From: a bacterium
GTDB lineage: Bacteria; Zhuqueibacterota; Zhuqueibacteria; Zhuqueibacterales; Zhuqueibacteraceae
DNA: 14,160 nt
Direction of reading: 5' to 3'
Assembly: GCA_044869275.1 (NCBI GenBank)
Contig: JBIOXB010000166.1
Span: 1 to 14,160, forward strand
Each line of letters begins with the position of its first letter. Position 1 is the first letter of the stretch. The translations under genes and the position numbers were made by a program. Below, piece after piece: positions 6,956 to 14,160 of the stretch. Under the pieces are notes generated by a model, which worked only from the letters and a program-made list of their open reading frames with translations, had not been told where the DNA came from and did not search any database.

Positions 6956-7203
6956 GTGCAGAAACTTGGATGATATACCGATTTGAATGAGTAATTCTGC
7001 GCAGCACAAAATGTCATTCTGAAAGAATCAGACTGTGTGAAAACTTGGGAATGCCGCACCCTGAGCTTGTCGAAGGGTGCCAAGTTCAAAAAATTCGGCT
7101 TCGATAAGCTCAGCCTGCGTTGAAACCAAGCGTTTTCGCACAGTCTGAATTTTGGCAGAAGGAGCGCTGTGCTGATGCGTCACAAGATTCCTCCTGAATG
7201 ACA
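6952..7203. repeat. Host palindromic repeat with arms TGTCATTC-N5-GAATC (7012-7029) and GATTC-N5-GAATGACA (7186-7203), interrupted by a MITE-like insertion
   Basis: The arms are imperfect inverted repeats (TGTCATTCTGAAAGAATC vs reverse complement TGTCATTCAGGAGGAATC). The flanks are homologous to 70-173. Confidence 0.75.
7030..7146 (+). mobile_element. ~117-bp MITE-like element with IS1182-like terminal inverted repeats, carrying an internal REP-like pair
   Basis: TIRs AGACTGTGTGAAAAC / GTTTTCGCACAGTCT (14/15 match), flanked by GAATC / GAATT. Internal GCACCCTGAGCTTGTCGAAGGGTGC (7056-7080) and inverted GGCTTCGATAAGCTCAGCC (7097-7115). Second copy at 1-69. Confidence 0.75.
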
Positions 7204-7324
7204 TTATGAAGAGCTTTCTGGAGCTCAGGTAACAGTGCACCGATCTAATTTCAAATGGCCAAACTCTTACGAGTGATGATGTACACCGTCATGATCTGTT
7301 GCTGATCACTGCTGGAGGTAAGGA

Positions 7325-10300
7325 ATGAAGTTTATTATGTTGCTGTGTTTGATTGCTGTGTTCTCTCCACTTCACGCGCAGGAGGAGGCGCGCTTGTTGC
7401 GCTTTCCCGCGATTCATGACAATCAAATCGTGTTTACGTATGCCGGCGATTTGTACTCGGTTTCCGCGAGCGGCGGCGTGGCGCGCAAGCTCACCAGCCA
7501 CGATGGCTACGAGATGTTCGCGCGCTTCTCGCCCGACGGCAAGTGGCTCGCCTTCACCGGGCAGTACGACGGCAACACCGAAGTTTTTCTCATGCCCGCC
7601 ACCGGCGGCGCGCCGCAGCGCCTGACTTACACCGCCACGCTCGGCCGCGACGACGTCTCCGATCGCATGGGCCCGAACAATATCGTTATGGCGTGGCGCC
7701 GCGACGGGAAGAGCATCGTGTTTCGCTCGCGCATGCGCTCGTTCAACAGCTTCATCGGCGCGCTGTTTTCCGTCACCTCCGAAGGCCTGCCGGCAGAGCA
7801 ATTGCCCGTGCCGCGGGGCGGTTTCTGCTCGTTCTCGCCCGACGACAAGAAAATGGCCTACAATCGCGTGTTCCGCGAGTTTCGCACGTGGAAAAAATAT
7901 CGCGGCGGCATGGCCGACGATATTTGGATTTACGATTTCACCACCAAGCAAACCGAAAACATAACCAACCATGCCGCGCAAGACGTCTTTCCCATGTGGG
8001 CCGGCGATAAAATCTATTTTCTCTCCGACCGCGAAGCGCACCAGCGCATGAATCTTTACAGCTACGACCTTGCCACAAAGCAAACGCAGCGCTTGACGAA
8101 TTACAGCGATTTCGATATCAAGTTCCCCTCGCACGGAGCAAACGCCATCGTTTATGAGTATGCCGGGTACATTTACAAATTCGATCTCGCCACGCAGCAG
8201 GCGCAAAAAATCTCCATACAAATTGCGGATGACCTGCTCACCGGCCGTGGCGAGCTGCGCAGTGTGGGCAGCGAAGTGACGAACTACGAAATCGCGCCCG
8301 ACGGCAAGCGCGCGTTGTTCGGCGCGCACGGGGAGGTGTTCACGGTGCCGGCGAAATATGGCGCAACGCGCAATCTCACCAACACTTCAGGCGTGCACGA
8401 GCGCCATTCCAAATGGTCGCCGGACGGCAAATGGATCGCATTTGTTTCCGATCAAAGCGGCGAAGACGAAATTTACCTCGTGCCGCAGGCCGGTGGCGCG
8501 CCCGCGGCGCTCACGCAAAATGAAACGACGTACAAATATCAACTCGAATGGTCGCCGGACAGCAAAAAGATTTTGTGGGCGGATCGCAAGCAGCGCCTGC
8601 GTTTCGTCGAGGTGCAAGCCAAATCGCTCACCGAGGTCGATCAATCACCGGTGTGGGAGATCCGCGAATATGCGTGGTCGCCGGACAGCAAGTGGATCGT
8701 GTATGCCAAGCCGGAAGAAGAAAGCCTGCCACGAATTTACGTTTACGCGCTGGACACCAAACGCGCACAAGCCGTGACCGAAGGCTGGTATGCCTCGGGC
8801 GAGCCCGCGTTCAGCAGCGACGGCAAATTTTTGTTCTTCACTTCAAATCGCGATTTCAATCCAATCTACAGCTGGACGGAATGGAATCATGCGTACCGCG
8901 ACATGGAGCGCATTTATTTGCTCACGCTCTCGCAAGAAGTGGAGTCTCCGTTCAAGCCGCGCAGTGACGAGGTGGAAATCAAATCCGAGCAAGCGCAGGC
9001 GGACTCCGCGGCGAAGCCGGCCGGCAAGAAAGATGGGAAAGAAGCGGCGAAGCCAGCGGCGGTTGTGGTCAAAATTGATTTCGACGGTCTGGCCGATCGC
9101 ATTGCTGGGCTGCCGGTCAAAGCTTCGGATTATTCGCATGTGGCGGCGGTGGGTGATCAGGTTTATTATCAGCGCAAAGGCGCGGCGGATGAAAAAACGC
9201 TGTTGCTGATGTACGATTTCAAAGAGCAAAAAGAGACCGAGCTGGGCCAGATCGACGGCTACGAAATTTCCGCGGATCAAAAGAAAATGCTGGTGGGCCA
9301 GGAGAAAAGCTATGCGATCATTGACCTGCCCAAGGCCAAAATCGAATTGAAAGAAAAACTGAATCTCGGCGCGATGGAAATGCGGCTGCAGCGTCAGGAA
9401 GAGTGGCACCAGATTTATCACGAATGCTGGCGGCAAATGCGCGAGTTCTTTTATGATCCCGGCTTGCACGGCGTGGATTGGAATGCGCAGCGCGACAAAT
9501 ATGCGCCGCTGCTCGCGCACGTGCAGCATCGCAACGATCTCACCTATCTCGTGGGCGAGTTGATCGGCGAGCTGAACGTCGGCCATGCGTATGTGGGCGG
9601 CGGTGATCGTCCGAGCGTGCGCCGCATCAACACCGGCTTGTTGGGCGCGGAATTGGAGCGCGATCCGGCTTCGAAATATTATCGGCTCAAGCGCATTTTG
9701 CGGGGCCAAAACTGGGACAAAGCCATGCGCTCGCCGCTCACGGAAATCGGCGTCAAGGCCGCGGAGGGCAATTACATTCTCGCGGTTGACAACCAGCCCG
9801 CCAACGAAATGGCCAACATCTTCGACGCGCTGCTCAACACTGTTGATCAGCAAGTCAAATTACGCCTCAACACCAAGCCCGAGATGGCCGGCAGTTGGGA
9901 AACAACGGTGGTCCCAATCGGCGACGAAGCGAATTTGTATTACTACAACTGGGTACAGGGTAACATCAAGAAGGTGAGCGAGGCTACGAAAGGCGAAGTG
10001 GGGTATTTGCACGTGCCGGACATGGGCACCGGTGGTCTAAACGAGTTCGTGAAGCATTTCTATCCGCAATTGCGCCAGAAGGCGCTCATCATCGACGTGC
10101 GTGGCAACGGCGGCGGCAACGTTTCGCCGATGCTGATCGAAAGATTGCGGCGCGAGCTGGCGATGGTGGATATGGCGCGCAACACGCGGCCCGTGCCCGA
10201 TCCCTCCGCCACGTTTCTCGGGCCCATGGTTTGTTTGATCGACGAGTATTCCGCCTCGGACGGCGATCTGTTTCCGTATCGCTTTCGCAAGCACCAGCTC

Positions 10301-10597
10301 GGCAAGCTTATCGGCAAGCGCACGTGGGGCGGCGTGGTCGGCATTCGCAATCCCTTGCCGCTGGTGGATGGCGGCCAGTTTTTCAAGCCCGAGTTCGCGA
10401 GTTATGACACCGAGGGCAAGGAATGGATCATCGAAGGCCGCGGCGTGGAGCCGGATGTTTTTATCGACAACGACCCGGCCAAAGAATTTGCCGGCGTGGA
10501 TGAACAGTTGAATGGAGCTATTACCGAGATTTTGGAGGAATTGAAAGCCCAGCGCAAGGATTTGCCGGCGCCGCCGCCGTATCCGAAGAAGAATTGA
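7325..10597 (+). CDS. Tricorn protease homologue (peptidase S41), secreted, 1090 aa
   Basis: LLRFPAIH..IVFTYAGDL start, repeated FSPDGKW/WSPDSK propeller blades, GELNVGH, PDZ-like region, GYLHVPDM, IIDVRGNGGG, YSASDGDLF and GKRTWGG. GGAGG RBS; signal peptide. Confidence 0.95.
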   Translation: MKFIMLLCLIAVFSPLHAQEEARLLRFPAIHDNQIVFTYAGDLYSVSASGGVARKLTSHDGYEMFARFSPDGKWLAFTGQYDGNTEVFLMPATGGAPQRLTYTATLGRDDVSDRMGPNNIVMAWRRDGKSIVFRSRMRSFNSFIGALFSVTSEGLPAEQLPVPRGGFCSFSPDDKKMAYNRVFREFRTWKKYRGGMADDIWIYDFTTKQTENITNHAAQDVFPMWAGDKIYFLSDREAHQRMNLYSYDLATKQTQRLTNYSDFDIKFPSHGANAIVYEYAGYIYKFDLATQQAQKISIQIADDLLTGRGELRSVGSEVTNYEIAPDGKRALFGAHGEVFTVPAKYGATRNLTNTSGVHERHSKWSPDGKWIAFVSDQSGEDEIYLVPQAGGAPAALTQNETTYKYQLEWSPDSKKILWADRKQRLRFVEVQAKSLTEVDQSPVWEIREYAWSPDSKWIVYAKPEEESLPRIYVYALDTKRAQAVTEGWYASGEPAFSSDGKFLFFTSNRDFNPIYSWTEWNHAYRDMERIYLLTLSQEVESPFKPRSDEVEIKSEQAQADSAAKPAGKKDGKEAAKPAAVVVKIDFDGLADRIAGLPVKASDYSHVAAVGDQVYYQRKGAADEKTLLLMYDFKEQKETELGQIDGYEISADQKKMLVGQEKSYAIIDLPKAKIELKEKLNLGAMEMRLQRQEEWHQIYHECWRQMREFFYDPGLHGVDWNAQRDKYAPLLAHVQHRNDLTYLVGELIGELNVGHAYVGGGDRPSVRRINTGLLGAELERDPASKYYRLKRILRGQNWDKAMRSPLTEIGVKAAEGNYILAVDNQPANEMANIFDALLNTVDQQVKLRLNTKPEMAGSWETTVVPIGDEANLYYYNWVQGNIKKVSEATKGEVGYLHVPDMGTGGLNEFVKHFYPQLRQKALIIDVRGNGGGNVSPMLIERLRRELAMVDMARNTRPVPDPSATFLGPMVCLIDEYSASDGDLFPYRFRKHQLGKLIGKRTWGGVVGIRNPLPLVDGGQFFKPEFASYDTEGKEWIIEGRGVEPDVFIDNDPAKEFAGVDEQLNGAITEILEELKAQRKDLPAPPPYPKKN

Positions 10598-10619
10598 GGA
10601 TTCTTTGTGAATTGTAAAT

Positions 10620-10665
10620 CGTTGATTGTGGATTAAGTAACTATTACTACATCCTTAAATCAACG
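10620..10665 (+). terminator. Imperfect hairpin downstream of the tricorn gene (possible terminator or stabilising stem)
   Basis: Nested inverted pairs CGTTGATT..AATCAACG, GGAT..ATCC and AGTAA..TTACT. There is no clear U-tract. Confidence 0.35.
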
Positions 10666-10678
10666 CCACCACTAGGGA

Positions 10679-10773
10679 TGTCATCCCGATGCTTCGGGAT
10701 CTTCCCAAGCGCTGGGCACAATGCCAAATTGGGTTGTGACATTGTATCATGGGAAGATTCTTACAGAATGACA
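10679..10773 (+). repeat. REP/REPIN-like element (TGTCAT...ATGACA); second copy at 13963-14042
   Basis: Left arm TGTCATCCCGATGCTTCGGGATCTTCCC, right arm GGGAAGATTCTTACAGAATGACA. The spacer is homologous to that of the 13963-14042 copy. Confidence 0.8.
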
Positions 10774-10808
10774 GTGCTGGTTCTCAGTGCAAAAATGTGA
10801 ACTTAACG

Positions 10809-10937
10809 TTGTAGTACTATTCAGCCCACAAAAGAAACGTAAACGGATTGAGCAGATGATCATTCTGGTAAACGAATCTTTAAAATCCGCTTTATCCGCT
10901 CGATCCGTTTACAAAAACAATAGCTGAATACTTACAA
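10809..10937. repeat. Nested inverted-repeat element
   Basis: Outer TATTCAGC (10818-10825)/GCTGAATA (10923-10930). Inner GTAAACGGATTGAGCAGAT (10839-10857)/ATCCGCTCGATCCGTTTAC (10894-10912), 17/19 match, with three tandem 9-mers NATCCGYTY at 10884-10910. Confidence 0.7.
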
Positions 10938-10985
10938 TTGTAATGCGTGGATCGTGAATCAATCTTTTCAAACAAGGAGAATGAC

Positions 10986-11777
10986 GTGAAGATCATCAAA
11001 ATAACAGTGCTTGCCGGATTGTTGTTGCCGGCTTTCGTGTCCGCCGCCATCAAACACGAAGAAGTATCCTACACCGCCAACGGTGTGACCATGAAGGGCT
11101 ATCTGGCGTATGACGATGCGATCAAAGGCAAACGCCCGGGCGTGTTAGTTGTGCACGAATGGTGGGGGCATAATGATTATTCCCGCAAACGCGCCGACAT
11201 GCTGGCGGAGTTGGGATACACCGCGCTGGCAGTGGATATGTACGGCGACGGCAAGCAAGCCAGCCATCCCCAAGACGCCGGCAAATACGCAGGCGAAGTG
11301 ATGCAAAACATGGAAAACGCAAAAGCCCGATTTGTGGCCGCACTGGACTTGCTCAAGAAGCACAAAACGGTTGATCCGGCACGCAGCGCAGCGATCGGTT
11401 ATTGTTTCGGCGGCGGAGTCGTGCTGCAGATGGCGCGCGCGGGTGTGGACTTGAAAGGCGTGGTGAGTTTTCACGGCAGCTATGGTACGCAAACCCCTGC
11501 GGAGAAAGGCAAGGTCAAGGCCGCGGTGCTGGTTTGCCATGGCGCGGCGGATCAGTTCATTACCGCCGAACAAGTCGAGGGATTGAAAAAAGAAATGCAA
11601 GCCGCCGGCGTCGATTTTCAATTCATCTCTTACGAAGGCGCCATGCACGCTTTCACCAATCCCGCTGCGGATGAGAACGGCAAAAAGTTTAACATTCCGA
11701 TTGCTTACAATAAAGCGGCGGATGAGAAGTCCTGGGCCGATATGCAGCAGTTCCTCAAAAGGATTTTTGCGAAGTGA
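10986..11777 (+). CDS. Dienelactone hydrolase family protein, secreted, 263 aa
   Basis: Motifs VVHEWWG, GYCFGG (nucleophile Cys), VSFHG, HGAAD and HAFTNP. GTG start after AAGGAG; signal peptide ending VSA. Confidence 0.92.
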   Translation: MKIIKITVLAGLLLPAFVSAAIKHEEVSYTANGVTMKGYLAYDDAIKGKRPGVLVVHEWWGHNDYSRKRADMLAELGYTALAVDMYGDGKQASHPQDAGKYAGEVMQNMENAKARFVAALDLLKKHKTVDPARSAAIGYCFGGGVVLQMARAGVDLKGVVSFHGSYGTQTPAEKGKVKAAVLVCHGAADQFITAEQVEGLKKEMQAAGVDFQFISYEGAMHAFTNPAADENGKKFNIPIAYNKAADEKSWADMQQFLKRIFAK

Positions 11778-11779
11778 TC

Positions 11780-11859
11780 GTGAGAGGTTAGATGTGAGAC
11801 GATAGACGTGAGACGTAATGCGTAAATAGAACCTGACGCAATAGGTCTTACGCATTACG
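11780..11859. repeat. Degenerate heptamer tandem array ending in a 12-bp perfect hairpin
   Basis: GTGAGAG GTTAGAT GTGAGAC GATAGAC GTGAGAC GTAATGC GTAAATA. CGTAATGCGTAA (11814-11825) pairs with TTACGCATTACG (11848-11859). Confidence 0.75.
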
Positions 11860-11892
11860 CTTTGATTATTTCTAAGAGAGGATGCCATACTG

Positions 11893-13749
11893 ATGAACAA
11901 AAGCGCCGGCTGGATTCTTGGTTTTCTCCTCCTATTTCCATTTTTTCTGCCAGCGCAAGAGCAGGCATACCTCGAGGCGCATTACACCAAACAGGAAGTC
12001 TATATCCCCATGCGCGACGGCGTGCGGCTGTTTACGGCGATTTATGCTCCGAAAGATGCGGCACAAAAATATCCCATCATTTTGCAACGCACGCCGTACA
12101 GTGTGCGGCCCTATGGCGTTGACCGCATGCCGGGTTGGATGCCGCCCTCGATGCTCGAAGCGCGCGAAGGCTACATTTTTGTCAATCAAGACGTGCGCGG
12201 CCGCTACATGTCTGAAGGGGAATTTGTCGATATTCGCCCGTACTTGCCGGTGAAGAAGAGCAAGCATGATATTGACGAATCGACGGATGCGTACGACACG
12301 ATTGCATGGTTGCTGAAGAAACTCGAAAACCACAATGGCCGCGTGGGCGTGACCGGCGTTTCGTATCCCGGTTTCTATGCGACGATGGCCACAATCGCTG
12401 CACATCCAGCGGTGGCCGCCACTTCGCCGCAAGCGCCGTGCACGGATTGGTTTCTCGGCGACGACGAGCATCATCACGGCGCGTTTTTCCTGTCGGAGAA
12501 TTTCAATTTCTATGTTTCCTTCGGCAAGCCGCGCCCGCAACCGACCACCAGAGGGGAGCGATGGTCCCAGCACGGCACGCCCGATGGCTATGACTTTTTT
12601 CTTGACATGGGACCGCTGGCCAATGCCAACAGGTTGTATATGTGCGACAGCGTGGCGTATTGGAACTTGTTGATGCAACATGGCACATATGATGACTTCA
12701 TGCAAGCGCGCAGCGTCTTGCCCCATTTGAAAAACATCAAACCGGCGGTGATGACAGTCGGCGGTTGGTTCGACAAAGAAAATCTCTTCGGCGCTTTGAA
12801 GACTTACAAATACATTGAAAAGAACAATCCCAGCACTTTCAACATTTTGGTGATGGGGCCCTGGTATCACGGCCAGTGGGACAGCGACGACGGCGAGCAG
12901 CTTGGCGATATTCATTTTGACAGCAATACGGCGGAATGGTTTCGTACCAATGTGCAACTGCCCTTCTTCAATTATTATCTCAAGCACAAAGGCGCGCCGA
13001 AACTGGCCGAAGCCATCGTATTCGAAACCGGAGCGAATCAATGGCATTTGCTCCAGCAATGGCCCCCCGATAATGTGGTGGAGAAAGATCTCTATTTGCA
13101 GCCCGCGGGCAAGCTGGCATTTTCGCCGCCGCTCGAGTCGCAGCAGCACTTTTCCGAGTATCTCAGCGATCCCGAGAAGCCCGTGCCGCACTCGGCCACG
13201 ATCAGTATTTCCATTCAGAAAGAGTACATGATCGAAGATCAGCGCTTCGCCGCGCGCCGGCCGGACGTGCTGGTATTTGAAAGTGAAGCCTTGCCGGAAG
13301 AGGTGATTTTCGCCGGGCCCATCATCGCCAGCCTTTTTGTTTCGACCACTGGCACCGACGCGGATTGGGTGGTGAAAGTCATCGACGTTTTTCCGGACAC
13401 GCTGGCAGGCATGACGCCGCACGGCATCCCCTTCGGCGGCTATCAGATGCTGGTGCGCGCCGAAGTCATGCGCGGCAAGTTTCGCAACAGCTACAGCAAA
13501 CCCGAGCCGTTCGTACCGGAGGAAGTGACGAAAGTCGAGTTTGAGCTGCAGGATGTTTTTCATCGCTTTAAAAGAGGCCATAAGCTGATGGTGCAAATTC
13601 AAAGCTCGTGGTTTCCGCTGGTGGACCGCAATCCGCAGAAGTTTGTCGATATTTACAATGCGCAAGCGAGCGACTTTCATAAAGCAACTCATCGCGTTTA
13701 TCATTCGCCGCAGCATAGCTCACATTTGAAGTTGTTGGTTCAGATTTAA
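11893..13749 (+). CDS. CocE/NonD family hydrolase (peptidase S15; alpha-amino acid ester hydrolase / glutaryl-7-ACA acylase-like), secreted, 618 aa
   Basis: Motifs IPMRDGVRL, RTPY, QDVRGRYMSEG, GVSYPG, GGWFD.E, GPWYHG, C-terminal DQRFA.RRPDVL and QSSWFPLVDRNPQ; signal peptide. Confidence 0.93.
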   Translation: MNKSAGWILGFLLLFPFFLPAQEQAYLEAHYTKQEVYIPMRDGVRLFTAIYAPKDAAQKYPIILQRTPYSVRPYGVDRMPGWMPPSMLEAREGYIFVNQDVRGRYMSEGEFVDIRPYLPVKKSKHDIDESTDAYDTIAWLLKKLENHNGRVGVTGVSYPGFYATMATIAAHPAVAATSPQAPCTDWFLGDDEHHHGAFFLSENFNFYVSFGKPRPQPTTRGERWSQHGTPDGYDFFLDMGPLANANRLYMCDSVAYWNLLMQHGTYDDFMQARSVLPHLKNIKPAVMTVGGWFDKENLFGALKTYKYIEKNNPSTFNILVMGPWYHGQWDSDDGEQLGDIHFDSNTAEWFRTNVQLPFFNYYLKHKGAPKLAEAIVFETGANQWHLLQQWPPDNVVEKDLYLQPAGKLAFSPPLESQQHFSEYLSDPEKPVPHSATISISIQKEYMIEDQRFAARRPDVLVFESEALPEEVIFAGPIIASLFVSTTGTDADWVVKVIDVFPDTLAGMTPHGIPFGGYQMLVRAEVMRGKFRNSYSKPEPFVPEEVTKVEFELQDVFHRFKRGHKLMVQIQSSWFPLVDRNPQKFVDIYNAQASDFHKATHRVYHSPQHSSHLKLLVQI

Positions 13750-13772
13750 ACTCAATCCCAGCCAAGAAGCAA

Positions 13773-13896
13773 AACACGAAGAGCACGGAGCTACACGAAG
13801 AAAAGCCGGACGATGGCTCAATTTGCATTTCGCTCTCGGACTGAGAAATGGGACAGCAGGCTCTGTGGAGCTTTGTGTCCTTTGTGTCTTGGTGTT
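13773..13896 (-). repeat. Palindromic CACRAAG-type repeat; inverted homologue of 4524-4634
   Basis: CACGAAG/CACGGAG units on the left face CTTTGTG/CTCTGTG units on the right; central homology to 4524-4615. Confidence 0.7.
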
Positions 13897-13962
13897 GTTC
13901 TTTTCTGCGTCTGGATGATCCATCAAAGTGCTACAACGCTAAGTCAAGGGCACCACCAGGCA

Positions 13963-14042
13963 TGTCATCCCGAAGCTTCGGGATCTTCCCAAGTGCTGGC
14001 ACAAGGCCGATATGGGCTGTGATATTGCATCAAGGGAAGATT
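13963..14042 (+). repeat. Second copy of the 10679-10773 REP-like element, right arm degenerate
   Basis: TGTCATCCCGAAGCTTCGGGATCTTCCCAAGTGCTGGCACAAGGCC...GGGAAGATT aligns to 10679-10759. Confidence 0.8.
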
Positions 14043-14088
14043 ACCACGAAAATGCAGTTTGCAAATTCATAAAACACTTCAGCATGCC

Positions 14089-14156
14089 GTCATTCCCGCG
14101 CAAGCGGGAATCCAGGGAGCACGAGGAACTTGGATTCCCGCTTTCGCGGGAATGAC
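14089..14156. repeat. Inverted pair of dRS3-like ATTCCC-N8-GGGAAT palindromes
   Basis: GTCATTCCCGCGCAAGCGGGAATCCA, a 16-nt spacer, then TGGATTCCCGCTTTCGCGGGAATGAC. Confidence 0.85.
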
Positions 14157-14160
14157 AGGT

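Noticed and set aside
11780..11859. Intergenic repeats as a CRISPR array
   Set aside because: No constant-length direct repeats with unique spacers, and no cas genes anywhere in the window.
11932..13716. 594-aa antisense ORF (also 7289-8329, 8843-9853, 5981-6637, 11145-11900)
   Set aside because: Shadow ORFs opposite well-supported GC-rich genes, with no recognisable motifs.

Overview
Bacterial window with two distinct halves. The left part (~190-4450) is an AT-richer accessory region. It holds a decayed type II toxin-antitoxin (TA) cluster: a CopG/BrnA-like antitoxin, two DUF433 antitoxins and a DUF2283 protein are intact, while every recognisable toxin (BrnT, two DUF5615/PIN-like) is internally deleted or truncated. 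One deletion fuses a PIN-like N-terminus to a YgiT-type zinc-finger C-terminus. Next come a DUF2971 gene and an HNH-nuclease gene on the - strand, separated by a decayed attC-like site. The right part (4661-13749) is a GC-richer, co-oriented run of four signal-peptide-bearing hydrolases: S9B dipeptidyl peptidase IV, S41 tricorn protease homologue, dienelactone hydrolase family, and S15 CocE/NonD. Almost every intergenic gap there holds palindromic dispersed repeats. The most notable is a ~117-bp MITE-like element with IS1182-like ends, present twice and each time inserted at the GAAT(C) of an arm of the same host repeat. Family assignments come from motif recognition by eye; no database searches were run.
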